DNA from: an uncultured Oscillospiraceae bacterium
GTDB taxonomy: Bacteria > Bacillota > Clostridia > Oscillospirales > Ruminococcaceae
Length of the DNA stretch: 64,000 bases
NCBI GenBank assembly: GCA_934466455.1
Contig: CAKSLF010000005.1
Coordinates: 33,261-97,260 of the forward strand
Direction: 5' to 3'
Shown here one piece after another: positions 46,867 through 58,838 of this stretch. Position 1 is the first letter of the stretch, and each line of letters starts with the position of its first letter. A program made the translations under genes and the position numbers. The notes under the pieces were generated by a model. It searched no databases and had not been told where the DNA came from. It saw only the letters and a program-made list of their open reading frames with translations.

Positions 46867-47787
46867 TCAGTATCTCATCATAATTGCGACCCAGCCGCCG
46901 TGCTCAAGGCGTTTTTCGGTAACAAAACCCGCCTTATGGCAGGCGTCTTCTACCTCATCGGCACGGGTATCAATAATCCCGGATATAATAAATGTGCCGC
47001 CCTTTATAAGATAATTTTTAACCGTGTTCAAAAGACGGATTATAACATCGGCAACAATATTTGCGGTTACGATTTCAAACTTTCCGTGGACCTTATCCGT
47101 AAGGTCGCCGCAGACAAACTCCGCTTTATCGGAAACACCGTTAAGCTCGGCGTTCTCGTTGGCAACCTTTACAGCAACAGGGTCAATATCCACTCCAAGG
47201 GCACCGGGAGCCCCGAGAAGCACTCCTCCGACGGAAAGAATACCGCTGCCGGTACCGACATCAAGAATGCGGCTTTGGGGCGTTACGCAGTCCTCGAGAA
47301 GCTCCAAGCAAAGACGAGTCGTATCATGGGTGCCGGTGCCGAATGCCATGCCGGGGTCAAGACTCATAACGACCTCGCCGTCCTTCGGCTCATATTCCTC
47401 CCAAGAGGGGGTAACAATAAGGCGTTTGCCTATATGTTGGGTATGATAGAACTGTTTCCAGTTATTTGCCCAGTCCTCTTCGTTTACACCGACAATGCTT
47501 GTTTCGTGCTCAATCCCCTCGGAGTCAAGCCGCTCGTCAAGAAAAGCCGCAGCCTCTGCGGCTGCCTGCTCCTGCTTGATGTAAACATGAATCAGCGAAT
47601 GAGCACGGTCACGCTCCAAAAGCTCCTGTTCAATAAGGTCAACATGGGCGATATTCCATACCTCCTGCTCTATATCGCTGTAATCCTCGATATAAATTCC
47701 CATATCCGCAGCCATTGTGCAGATTGCGGCAGCACGCTCGGTATCCTCGGTATTTACTTTTACGGTAAGCTCGTTCCAGGTTTCCAT
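46867..47787 (-). CDS. prmA: ribosomal protein L11 methyltransferase
   Basis: ILDVGTGSGILS SAM motif I. Conserved position after dnaJ. Confidence 0.9.
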   Translation of the reverse strand: METWNELTVKVNTEDTERAAAICTMAADMGIYIEDYSDIEQEVWNIAHVDLIEQELLERDRAHSLIHVYIKQEQAAAEAAAFLDERLDSEGIEHETSIVGVNEEDWANNWKQFYHTQHIGKRLIVTPSWEEYEPKDGEVVMSLDPGMAFGTGTHDTTRLCLELLEDCVTPQSRILDVGTGSGILSVGGVLLGAPGALGVDIDPVAVKVANENAELNGVSDKAEFVCGDLTDKVHGKFEIVTANIVADVIIRLLNTVKNYLIKGGTFIISGIIDTRADEVEDACHKAGFVTEKRLEHGGWVAIMMRY

Positions 47788-48956
47788 TAGTTATCTCCCT
47801 TAAAGGCGTCTTTTATTTTGTCGAAGAAGCTTTTGCGCTTTTGATAGTTTCTGTCGCCGGTGGAACGGTCGAATTCCCGCACCATTTCCTTTTGTGAGGA
47901 AGAAAGGTTTGTGGGGACCTCAACGGTCACACGCACATACTCATCTCCTCTGCCTTTTCCGTTAACATAGGGGATACCTTTGTTGCGAAGGCGGAAGGTT
48001 GTACCGGGCTGTGTGCCCTCCGGCACGGTATAGGACACCTTGCCGTCCACTGTCGGAACAACTATGTCGTCGCCAAGCACTGCCTGCGCATAGGTTATCG
48101 GAATATCGACCCAAACATCAAAGTTGTCACGGCGGAAGATGGAATCCTCCAAAACGGTAACGGTTATGTTCAAATCGCCGGCAGGACCGCCGTTTACACC
48201 GTCATCACCTTGTCCGCGAACAACAAAGGTTTGCCCGTCGTCAATTCCGGCAGGGATATTTACGGAGATTTTTTTATTGTGGCGAACTCTGCCCATGCCG
48301 TTGCAGCTCTTGCAGGGGTCGTTGATAATTTTGCCCTTTCCGCCGCAGCGGGTGCAGGGCTTTACCGTTTGAATAACGCCGAAGGGACTGCGCTGCTGAA
48401 CACGCACCTGACCGCTGCCGCCGCAATCGGGGCAGGTTTCCGGGCTTGTGCCGGGTTTTGCGCCGGTTCCGCCGCAGGCAGAGCAGCGTTCAAGCCGCTG
48501 TATGGGTATCTCTTTTTGGCAGCCCTTGACCGCTTCCATAAATGTAATCTGGATATGAACTCTTGTATCGTTGCCCCTAACGGGTCCGTTCGGGTTGCGG
48601 GTTTTTGTGGAGCCGCCAAAGCCGAATCCGCCAAAGATGTCGCCGAAAATGTCGCCAAAATCGCCGAAATCGCCGTGGTCATACTGCTGATAACGGGCAT
48701 ACCCGCCCTGACCGCCGCCATAGGACGGATCTACGCCTGCATGACCGAATTGGTCATAGCGGGCACGCTTTTCTTTATCGGAAAGGATTTCGTAGGCTTC
48801 GCCTACCTCCTTAAATTTTGCTTCCGCAGTGGCGTCACCGGGGTTAAGATCCGGGTGATACTGCTTTGCAAGCTTGCGGTAAGCTTTTTTTATTTCCTCG
48901 TCGGTTGCGGTTTTTGCAACGCCGAGCACCTCGTAATAATCACGCTTTTCCGCCAA
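47787..48956 (-). CDS. dnaJ: molecular chaperone DnaJ
   Basis: J domain with HPD (KQYHPDLN), G/F-rich linker, four CxxCxGxG zinc-finger repeats. Confidence 0.95.
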   Translation of the reverse strand: MAEKRDYYEVLGVAKTATDEEIKKAYRKLAKQYHPDLNPGDATAEAKFKEVGEAYEILSDKEKRARYDQFGHAGVDPSYGGGQGGYARYQQYDHGDFGDFGDIFGDIFGGFGFGGSTKTRNPNGPVRGNDTRVHIQITFMEAVKGCQKEIPIQRLERCSACGGTGAKPGTSPETCPDCGGSGQVRVQQRSPFGVIQTVKPCTRCGGKGKIINDPCKSCNGMGRVRHNKKISVNIPAGIDDGQTFVVRGQGDDGVNGGPAGDLNITVTVLEDSIFRRDNFDVWVDIPITYAQAVLGDDIVVPTVDGKVSYTVPEGTQPGTTFRLRNKGIPYVNGKGRGDEYVRVTVEVPTNLSSSQKEMVREFDRSTGDRNYQKRKSFFDKIKDAFKGDN

Positions 48957-49057
48957 AATCTCACCTTATTTCTTCTTATCATATACCAATTTCTGCGCAG
49001 AGGCAGCTTGCCCCTGCGCAGAAAGCCGTTTTTTATGCTGTGCGGCAAAGCGGTTTT

Positions 49058-50959
<1,902 letters not shown>

Positions 50960-50984
50960 TTATATAAATGCTTTCGCATTTTTA

Positions 50985-51536
50985 TCAGTTTGCTACAACA
51001 ACCATTGAAAACCGAATTACCTTGTCGCCAAGGGTGTATCCCTTGCGGTAAACATCGGTGATTACATTTTCGCCGTATGCCGGGTTGTCAATATGCATTA
51101 CGGCGTTGTGGAATTTCGGGTCAAATTGCTCGCCAAGAGCGGGGATTTCTTTGATTCCGAGGGAATCAAACGCCTCTTTTACGGAAGTACCGATAAGGTC
51201 GATTCCTTTTTTGTATTGCTCGTCGGGACATTCGTAATTTGCCGCACGGTCAAAGCTGTCCAAAATCGGCAAAAGCTTTGTTACGGTATCGGAGGTTGCG
51301 TTTGCATAAACGGCATCCTTTTCTCTCTGGCTGCGCTTGCGGAAGTTATCATATTCCGCAAGGGTTCGGATATAGCGGTCATTAAGCTCTGCCATATCCT
51401 TTTTCAGCTTTTCAAGCTCTTCTTCAAGAGGATTTTCTTCGGGAAGAACTTCTTCCTTTGGTGCTTCTTTGGTTTCGGCTGCTTCTTTGACCTCTTCGGT
51501 CTGCTCCATAGGAGCCGTCTTCTTTTCTTTTTCCAT
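50985..51536 (-). CDS. grpE: nucleotide exchange factor GrpE
   Basis: 183 aa. Coiled-coil N-terminus and a conserved C-terminal GrpE motif (KGYTLGDKVIRFSMVVV). Confidence 0.9.
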   Translation of the reverse strand: MEKEKKTAPMEQTEEVKEAAETKEAPKEEVLPEENPLEEELEKLKKDMAELNDRYIRTLAEYDNFRKRSQREKDAVYANATSDTVTKLLPILDSFDRAANYECPDEQYKKGIDLIGTSVKEAFDSLGIKEIPALGEQFDPKFHNAVMHIDNPAYGENVITDVYRKGYTLGDKVIRFSMVVVAN

Positions 51537-52576
51537 TATTCATCACCCGTTTTCTGTTGATATGTCATTGAAAGCAGTGTGCCAAGCTTTTTTGCAAAGT
51601 ATTCAAGATGAGGTATTAGTTTTGAATAATCCATTCTAACCGGTCCGATAAGCCCGATTGTTCCGCAGTCGTTTTCTCCTATTGAGAAGCGTGCCACCAA
51701 AAGTGAGCTGCCCGAAAGCTGGGAAAGGCTGTTTTCCTTTCCGATAAACACCGTTACGCCGGAGGGATTTTTGCCGAGCACCGAGCTGAGTTCATCTCTT
51801 TTTGAAAGAAGCTTCATAATCTCAAGTGCCCTGTCGGAATATTCGTTGTAGATAAGCAGCTTTTCCTGCCCGCCAAGGTAATACTGACCGTCATAGACCT
51901 CTCGGCAAAGCTCATATATGCCCACAATAAGAGGGTTGAATACTTCGGAATATTCTCCGAGCTGTACGGCGACGGCCGTTACATATTCGGTGCTTATATC
52001 CCGAAGAGTGTGCCCGGAAAATCTGTCGTTTGCGAATTTTTTGAAAAAATCAGCAATTCCGGCGTTCACCCGGAACGAAAGGCGGCAAACCTTGCTTTTT
52101 ACAACTCCGTTGGAGGCAATGACCAAAAGCACAACGGTGCTTTTGTCCGCCGGAACAATGTCGATGTGCTCAACAGTAACATGGTTCGGGGTGGTTGTCA
52201 TTGCGACGGTGGCGCAGCCGGTGTATTCGGCAAGTGCCTCTGCGGAATCCTGCAAAAGCCTATCCGGGTCTGGGTCGCCGACATTGAATAAGGCGTCAAT
52301 GCCGTCCCGCTCCTCCGGTGTAAGGGGCTTTTCCTTCATAAGCCGGTCGATGTAAATTCGATAGCCGAGGTGGGAAGGAATTCTTCCGGCGGAGGTGTGG
52401 GGCTGTTCCAAAAGCCCCATGGAGAAAAGGGAAGCCATCTCGTTTCTCACAGTTGCGGGAGAAACTCCGATGCCCGGCATTTCCGAAAGGGCTTTTGAAC
52501 CAACGGGCTCGCCGGTTCGGATATAGGTTTCCACAATGGCGGAAAGAATTTTCATCTTTCGGTCGTCAAACCGCAT
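51536..52576 (-). CDS. hrcA: heat-inducible transcription repressor HrcA
   Basis: N-terminal winged HTH (ILSAIVETYIRTGEPVGSKAL). The start is placed at the ATG at 52576, downstream of the CIRCE operator. Confidence 0.9.
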   Translation of the reverse strand: MRFDDRKMKILSAIVETYIRTGEPVGSKALSEMPGIGVSPATVRNEMASLFSMGLLEQPHTSAGRIPSHLGYRIYIDRLMKEKPLTPEERDGIDALFNVGDPDPDRLLQDSAEALAEYTGCATVAMTTTPNHVTVEHIDIVPADKSTVVLLVIASNGVVKSKVCRLSFRVNAGIADFFKKFANDRFSGHTLRDISTEYVTAVAVQLGEYSEVFNPLIVGIYELCREVYDGQYYLGGQEKLLIYNEYSDRALEIMKLLSKRDELSSVLGKNPSGVTVFIGKENSLSQLSGSSLLVARFSIGENDCGTIGLIGPVRMDYSKLIPHLEYFAKKLGTLLSMTYQQKTGDE

Positions 52577-52610
52577 GGCGAACACCCCCGTTCTTTTTAT
52601 TTCGGTATTT

Positions 52611-52637
52611 AGCACTCATACCTCTCGAGTGCCAACA
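52611..52637 (-). promoter_or_regulatory. CIRCE operator TTAGCACTC-N9-GAGTGCCAA (one mismatch to the consensus TTAGCACTC-N9-GAGTGCTAA)
   Basis: Read directly, immediately upstream of hrcA-grpE-dnaK-dnaJ. CIRCE is the established HrcA operator. Confidence 0.85.
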
Positions 52638-52812
52638 TCTATATTATATCCCTTTTTTGAACCTTGTCAATAGTGTTTAAGAAAAATTCATACTTTTTTA
52701 TTTTTCCGTTCGCAAAAGGCAAAGAAAAGCATTTTTATATGTATTTATTGATAAAAAAATCCCTGTGCTTGTTTTAAGCATGGGGATTTTTTACGAATAG
52801 ACAGCACCTCGG

Positions 52813-54048
52813 TCAGGCTTTCTTGGAAAGTCTGTCCGATGCAATATACAAAGGAATTGCCGCAGCTTGGGTAAGTACGGAAACGGCAACCATTGCGGGA
52901 ATACTTATGTCATACAGTACGCCGAGAAGCCAGCTTCCGAGGAACCAGAATGCACCAAAGGAACATTCGAAAATTCCATAGCCTGTGGCTCGGCTGCTTT
53001 TCGGCACCATTTTTGTAACGGCGGCTTTAAGAATTGATTCCTGCGCACCCATTCCGATTCCCCAAAGAGCGATTCCGAAGAGCACGGCTCCGACGGAGCC
53101 GCCTCCGAAAACAAAAATCGCAAAAGGAGCGGAAAGGACGGTTGACCAAGCAAGTGCCTTAACCCCGCTTTTGTCGTACATTATTCCGAAAATAAGCGCA
53201 GCCACGGCGTCAACAAGCATCGCACCGGCATACAGCAGAGGAAGAGTTCCGCTGTTTACAATGGAGCTTGTTTCCGCAAGATGTGCGCCGATACCCGCAT
53301 AGGTTCTGGAAATGTGCATTATAATAAGCGAATAATCAATAAACCCAAATGCAAAAAGGCTTATTCCGGCGATGTAGAGAACAAATTCCTTTTTCATCTT
53401 AAAAGGAATATATTCCTTTTCCTCCGGCTCAAATTGTTCCGGGTTTGGGAACTTGCGTTTTGTAAAAAGAAGCAGAGCGACGGTTATTCCGCCGGGGATT
53501 GCCAATACGGCAAAGCATTTTGAATATATTTCAAAGGTTGTGCCGTCGGTTTTGAAGAGCATAACAAGATAAAGCAAAACAGGACCGAGGAATGCTCCTA
53601 TTTGGTCAAGGACCTCCTGTATGCCAAAGCTTTTTCCGACGCCCTCTTGGGAGGCGGCGAAGGAGAGTATCGTATCCTTAGCGGGCTTTTTTATTGCCTT
53701 ACCCATACGCTGGACTAAAAGAAGCCCGCAGGCTGCAACCCAGCCGTGCTCGCCGACCAATGCAAGAGCCGGTACTGCAAGAACATCGACAATATATCCA
53801 AAAACGGTCATTCCCCAGTAGTTTTTTGTTTTATCGGTAATTTTTCCGAAAACATAGCGCATGGAGTAGCCGATAAGCTCGCCAAGACCGGAAACAAAGC
53901 CGATTGTCCCGGCGGAGGCACCAAGCAGTGAGAGATATGCCCCTCTTATACTGGAGGCACCCTCATGAGTCATATCGGAAAAAAGGCTTACAATTCCGAA
54001 AAGGATGATAAACAGCATAGCCCGGGAGATTTTTTTCTTATTGCTCAT
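52813..54048 (-). CDS. MFS transporter
   Basis: 411 aa, about 12 TM helices, MFS motif A-like loops. Confidence 0.8.
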   Translation of the reverse strand: MSNKKKISRAMLFIILFGIVSLFSDMTHEGASSIRGAYLSLLGASAGTIGFVSGLGELIGYSMRYVFGKITDKTKNYWGMTVFGYIVDVLAVPALALVGEHGWVAACGLLLVQRMGKAIKKPAKDTILSFAASQEGVGKSFGIQEVLDQIGAFLGPVLLYLVMLFKTDGTTFEIYSKCFAVLAIPGGITVALLLFTKRKFPNPEQFEPEEKEYIPFKMKKEFVLYIAGISLFAFGFIDYSLIIMHISRTYAGIGAHLAETSSIVNSGTLPLLYAGAMLVDAVAALIFGIMYDKSGVKALAWSTVLSAPFAIFVFGGGSVGAVLFGIALWGIGMGAQESILKAAVTKMVPKSSRATGYGIFECSFGAFWFLGSWLLGVLYDISIPAMVAVSVLTQAAAIPLYIASDRLSKKA

Positions 54049-54514
54049 TATTATCGCCTTCTTTGATGATTTTGTTCATATTTGGGAACCCGGCTTTGCT
54101 TTCTTCCTTACAGCGGTGATAAAGAATGTCCAAAAGGCGGGCAAATTCCGCCTGCTCCGAAGAAGAAAGCGGTTGCAAAAGCCAATCATAAAAGCCCGAT
54201 TCTATATGAGCTTTTGAATTTTTGAGATTTTCCGCTTTCTCCGTTGCAAAAAGCAGCTTGCTGCGCCCGTCGGTGGGATTTTCCTTGCGTATAAGATAAC
54301 CCTTTGCCTCAAGGTTAGCCGTTTGCCTTGCAACTGCGCCTTTATCAAGCCCGGTTATCTCGCAAACCCTTGCCTGGGATATTCCGGGGTTTTTGCGGAT
54401 GGCATGGATTACATCAAATTCGCCGGAGCCGATTCCCTCCGCCATAAGGGTACGGACGGTAAACTTGCTTACCTCTCTTGCGATTTTTGTGATTTGTCTT
54501 TTTGTTGCGTCCAT
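54038..54514 (-). CDS. MarR family transcriptional regulator
   Basis: Winged-helix core (ISQARVCEITGLDKGAVARQTANLEAKGYLIR). Co-transcribed with the downstream MFS transporter. Confidence 0.8.
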   Translation of the reverse strand: MDATKRQITKIAREVSKFTVRTLMAEGIGSGEFDVIHAIRKNPGISQARVCEITGLDKGAVARQTANLEAKGYLIRKENPTDGRSKLLFATEKAENLKNSKAHIESGFYDWLLQPLSSSEQAEFARLLDILYHRCKEESKAGFPNMNKIIKEGDNNEQ

Positions 54515-54740
54515 TAAAAAAACGCCTCCGATAAAAAAAGTTGCGGTATCAACCAATTTCAAAACCGATGATACATCAACCCTTTTTCAAATGTCAAGCC
54601 CAATTTTCCTTATATGTGCAAAAAAATTGCGCCTTTGGCGCAATCGCCGCTATAATACTGTTGTAAATGCTATATAAATATGATAAAATAACTGTATATG
54701 CAAACCGACAAAACCCTTTTTAGGAGGAAAATATATCGCC

Positions 54741-56387
54741 ATGGATTACGAAAAACTTGCAAATCTGCTTTTCCCCGATGTTACGGAAACTCCCGATGAT
54801 ATGGAAAAACGCTACCCGCCGAGGAATCTTCCGGAGGGAGCAAAGGTTACCCGTATGGCACCAAGCCCAACCGGCTTTATGCACCTCGGCAACCTCTTCG
54901 GCGCAATTACGGACGAACGCCTTGCCCACCAAAGCGGAGGCATTTTTATGCTCCGTATTGAAGATACCGATAAGAAGAGAGAGGTCGAGGGCGGAGTTGA
55001 AACCATAATCTCCGTTTTCAAAAAATTCGGACTGAATTTTGACGAGGGCGCACTTGCCGACGGAGAAATCGGAAATTACGGCCCCTATCGCCAAAGACAA
55101 AGAGCCGACATATATCATGTGTTTGCAAAAAAGCTTGTTTCCGAAGGGAAAGCCTATCCCTGCTTCTGCACGGAGGAGGAGCTTTCCGCCATGCGTGAGC
55201 AGCAGGAGGCAAAGGGCGTAAACCCCGGCTATTACGGCGAATGGGCTGCTTGGCGCAACCGCTCAATGGAGGAAATTGAGGCTGCCATTGCCGAGGGAAA
55301 AACATGGGTCCTCCGCTTCCGCAGCGAGGGCGACCCGGAAAAATATATCCACCTCAACGACCTTGTAAAAGGCAAAATCGATATGCCGGAAAACGACCAG
55401 GATATTGTTTTGCTCAAATCCGACGGTATACCCACCTATCATTTTGCTCATGTTGTGGACGACCACCTTATGCGCACCACTCATGTTGTCCGCGGCGAGG
55501 AATGGCTTGCAACATGGCCCGTTCATGTTCAGCTTTTTGCTGCTCTTGGTTGGAAGATGCCGAAATATATCCATACAGCCCAGCTTATGAAGATGGACGG
55601 CGGCAGCAAGCGCAAGCTCTCAAAGCGCAAGGACCCGGAGCTTGCATTGGATTTCTACTTTGCCGAAGGCTATCCCGTCCCTTCCGTAATCGAATATCTG
55701 CTTACTCTGCTGAATTCCAACTTTGAGGAATGGCGTATTGCAAATCCGAAGGAGCCGTATTCAAATTTTAAGTTCACAACAAATAAAATGAGCGTTTCCG
55801 GCTCCCTTTTCGATTTGGACAAGCTGCGTGATGTTTCAAAGGATGTTGTGTCCATGCTTTCCACCGAGGAGGTTTGGAGTTATCTTACCGATTGGGCGGA
55901 AAAATATGACCGGGATTTCTATATGATTCTTGCCGCAGAGCCGGAATATGCAAAATCCATAATTTCTATCGGAAGAGGTATTCCAAAACCGAGAAAGGAT
56001 ATTGCCGTTTGGAGCGAGATGAAGGACTATATGGCTTTCTTCTATGATGAGCTTTTTGTTCCGGGAAGCGAGTATCCGCAAAACATGAGCACCGAAGATA
56101 TAAAAGCCGTGCTCAAAAAATATAAGGACATCTATAACGAAAACGACGACCAAACCGCATGGTTCGGCAAAATAAAAGACCTTTCCGTAGAGCTTGGCTA
56201 TGCTGCGTCACCAAAGGAATATAAACAAAACCCGGACGCATTTAAGGGTCATGTCGGCGATGTTTCCGCCGTTATAAGAATGGCGGTTACCGGAAGAGTA
56301 AACAGCCCGGATATGTTCGCAGTAATGAGCGTTATGGGCAAAAACAAGGTTATAAGCAGAATTGAAAAAGCCCTTGCGGCACTTTGA
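54741..56387 (+). CDS. gltX: glutamate--tRNA ligase
   Basis: HIGH-type motif PSPTGFMHLGN and KLSKR (KMSKS-class) motif. Class I aaRS catalytic domain closest to the GluRS pattern. Confidence 0.8.
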   Translation: MDYEKLANLLFPDVTETPDDMEKRYPPRNLPEGAKVTRMAPSPTGFMHLGNLFGAITDERLAHQSGGIFMLRIEDTDKKREVEGGVETIISVFKKFGLNFDEGALADGEIGNYGPYRQRQRADIYHVFAKKLVSEGKAYPCFCTEEELSAMREQQEAKGVNPGYYGEWAAWRNRSMEEIEAAIAEGKTWVLRFRSEGDPEKYIHLNDLVKGKIDMPENDQDIVLLKSDGIPTYHFAHVVDDHLMRTTHVVRGEEWLATWPVHVQLFAALGWKMPKYIHTAQLMKMDGGSKRKLSKRKDPELALDFYFAEGYPVPSVIEYLLTLLNSNFEEWRIANPKEPYSNFKFTTNKMSVSGSLFDLDKLRDVSKDVVSMLSTEEVWSYLTDWAEKYDRDFYMILAAEPEYAKSIISIGRGIPKPRKDIAVWSEMKDYMAFFYDELFVPGSEYPQNMSTEDIKAVLKKYKDIYNENDDQTAWFGKIKDLSVELGYAASPKEYKQNPDAFKGHVGDVSAVIRMAVTGRVNSPDMFAVMSVMGKNKVISRIEKALAAL

Positions 56388-56402
56388 TTTTGGAGGAACA
56401 CT

Positions 56403-58064
56403 ATGCCAGAAGAAATTTCCAACTTTATACACGACATAATTGATAAGGACCTTGCAGAGGGCGTTAATACGGAGGTTCATACCCGTTTTCCGCCCGAGCC
56501 GAACGGCTATCTTCATATAGGTTCAGCAAAAGCCATTTGGATAAACGCCTATACCGCAGAAAAATACCACGGAAAATTTAATCTTCGTTATGACGACACA
56601 AACCCCGCAAGGGAGGACGACGAATATGTTCAGAGCATTCTGCAGGATATTCGCTGGCTTGGTTTTGAGCCTAACGGCGGAATTTTCTATGGTTCCGACT
56701 ATTTTGATAAGTGCTATGAGTTTGCGGAAAAGCTGATTTTGGACGGAAAAGCATATGTTGACGACCTTTCTCGTGAGGAGATGCAGGAATATCGGGGAAA
56801 CGACGCAGGCAAGCCGAGCCGCCCCAGTCCTTACCGTGACAGAAGTGTTGAAGAAAACCTTGACCTTTTCCGCAGAATGAGAGCGGGCGAATTTGAGGAT
56901 GGCGCAAAGACCCTTCGAGCAAAAATCGACCTTGCAAGCCCCAATATGAATATGCGTGACCCCGCAATCTATCGCATAAAGCATGTTTCTCATCACCGCC
57001 AGGGCGATAAATGGTGCATTTATCCTCTTTATGACTTTGCCCACCCGATTCAGGACGCTCTTGAAGGAATAACATATTCCTGCTGCTCGATCGAATTTGC
57101 AGACCACCGCCCGCTTTATGATTGGGTAGTTGAAAATGTGGGCTTTACAAATCCCCGTCCGCATCAGTATGAGTTTGCACGCCTTAATGTGACCCATACC
57201 GTCATGAGCAAGCGTTATCTCCGTATGCTTGTGGAAACCGGCGTTGTTGACGGCTGGGACGACCCGAGAATGCCTACTCTTTCCGGTATGAGAAGAAGGG
57301 GATATACCCCCTCTTCCATAATAGAGTTTATCAAAACTGCGGGTGTTTCAAAAGCATATTCCATCGTTGATGTGGAGCTTCTTGAGCACTGCATCCGAGA
57401 TGAGCTTAACCGTACCGCCCAAAGAAGAATGGCGGTAATCGACCCGGTTAAAGTGGTCGTGCTCAATTATCCGGAGGACAAAACCGAGTATTTTGAGGTC
57501 GCAAACAATGTCAACGATCCGGAGGCCGGCACACGCAAGGTTGAGTTCAGCCGAGAGCTGTATATAGAGAGAGAGGATTTTGCCGCAGATCCGCCGCCAA
57601 AATTCTTCCGTATGAAGCCGGAGGGCGAGGTTCGCCTTATGGGCGCATATATCGTAAAATGCGTTGGGTACGAAACCGACGAAAGCGGAAAGGTAACGGA
57701 GATTGCCGTGACCGCCGACCTTGAAACAGGTAACGCAATGCCCGCCGACGGAAGAAAAATAAAAGGCACTATCCATTGGGTAAGCGCAAAAAGCGCAGTT
57801 ACCGCCGATGTTCGTATGTACGGACGCCTGTTCAGCGAAGAGAATATGGTAACTCTTCCGGAAGGAAAGGATTACAACGACTTCCTCGACCCTGATTCCG
57901 TAAAAGAATACAAGGGCGCAAAGCTGGAGGCAAGCCTTGGCGAAGCGGGCGAGGACGAGCGTTTTCAGTTTGTTCGCAGCGGATATTTTATTAAGGACAG
58001 CAAGAACCCCGGCGTTTGGAATAATATCGTAAACCTCAAGGACAGCTGGGCAAAACAGAAGTGA
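56403..58064 (+). CDS. glnS: glutamine--tRNA ligase
   Basis: TRFPPEPNGYLHIGSAKAI ... NLRYDDTNP is nearly identical in pattern to the E. coli GlnRS N-terminus. 553 aa. Confidence 0.9.
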   Translation: MPEEISNFIHDIIDKDLAEGVNTEVHTRFPPEPNGYLHIGSAKAIWINAYTAEKYHGKFNLRYDDTNPAREDDEYVQSILQDIRWLGFEPNGGIFYGSDYFDKCYEFAEKLILDGKAYVDDLSREEMQEYRGNDAGKPSRPSPYRDRSVEENLDLFRRMRAGEFEDGAKTLRAKIDLASPNMNMRDPAIYRIKHVSHHRQGDKWCIYPLYDFAHPIQDALEGITYSCCSIEFADHRPLYDWVVENVGFTNPRPHQYEFARLNVTHTVMSKRYLRMLVETGVVDGWDDPRMPTLSGMRRRGYTPSSIIEFIKTAGVSKAYSIVDVELLEHCIRDELNRTAQRRMAVIDPVKVVVLNYPEDKTEYFEVANNVNDPEAGTRKVEFSRELYIEREDFAADPPPKFFRMKPEGEVRLMGAYIVKCVGYETDESGKVTEIAVTADLETGNAMPADGRKIKGTIHWVSAKSAVTADVRMYGRLFSEENMVTLPEGKDYNDFLDPDSVKEYKGAKLEASLGEAGEDERFQFVRSGYFIKDSKNPGVWNNIVNLKDSWAKQK

Positions 58065-58091
58065 TTTTTACTTCGGTGAATATAGACGAAA

Positions 58092-58152
58092 AAAAGGCGT
58101 TCCAAAAAAGAAACGCCTTTTTGTATGTAAAGCAATGTTGCTTTACATACAG
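58092..58152. terminator. two adjacent hairpins (AAGGCGTTCCAAAAAAGAAACGCCTTTTTG and TGTATGTAAAGCAATGTTGCTTTACATACA) between convergent glnS and the esterase gene
   Basis: Read directly. Confidence 0.6.
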
Positions 58153-58808
58153 CTCATGGAAAACGCAATGCCCGCCGCAAGGCGTTTTTCCGGATTTTCA
58201 AAATGTCCGCCGGGATTAAGCTCAAATTTCACATTTGCACCTCGGCTGCGGAACAGCTCGGCGGCAGCCCTCGTGCAATCTTCTACCGTAGCCATACGGG
58301 GATTTTTTGTTTTGCTTTCTCTGTCGCCGACGGAAAAATAGAACCGCATCGGCGTGCGGCAAAAATCGGCGGATTTTGCAAAGTCGATGAAGCCGTCGTA
58401 CCAAAGCGACCCGGAAACTGAAGCACCGGAGAAAAAAGCGGCGGTTTTGTAAAAGGCATATGCAGAAAAAAGCCCGGCGAGGGAATAACCCGCAATTATT
58501 CTTTTACAATTTGTAATATTAAATTTATTTTCGACAAAAGGTATTATATTTTCAACAAGATTTTTCAAAAAATCGTTTGCGCCGCCGTAAAAATCCTCTC
58601 CGCCTCGAAAAACTTTTTTTGCCGCCCAAGGAGATAAATCTCTGTTCCAATCGGCTGCAACGCAGATAAGCGCAGGCTTTGGAGCGGACAAAAGCTCAAA
58701 AAGACGCTCTCCGTCTTCGCCGGGAAGCACCGTCCATACGGAAAATTCAGGGGGATTTTCCGGCAGAAATACTGTTGCGGAAAAACCGTGCTCTTCAATT
58801 TTTTGCAT
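58143..58808 (-). CDS. alpha/beta hydrolase (esterase family)
   Basis: GYSLAG nucleophile elbow (GxSxG). About 220 aa. Confidence 0.7.
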   Translation of the reverse strand: MQKIEEHGFSATVFLPENPPEFSVWTVLPGEDGERLFELLSAPKPALICVAADWNRDLSPWAAKKVFRGGEDFYGGANDFLKNLVENIIPFVENKFNITNCKRIIAGYSLAGLFSAYAFYKTAAFFSGASVSGSLWYDGFIDFAKSADFCRTPMRFYFSVGDRESKTKNPRMATVEDCTRAAAELFRSRGANVKFELNPGGHFENPEKRLAAGIAFSMSCM

Positions 58809-58838
58809 AATATATCTCCTTTGCGAAAAAAGCTGTGT

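Noticed and set aside
46846-47790. 314-aa plus-strand ORF
   Set aside because: Antisense to prmA, which carries the SAM-binding motif on the minus strand.
54563-54740. T-box leader upstream of gltX
   Set aside because: The spacer is only ~180 nt, is shared with the divergent marR promoter, and contains no recognisable T-box sequence (AATTAGGGTGGNACCGCG-like) or antiterminator.
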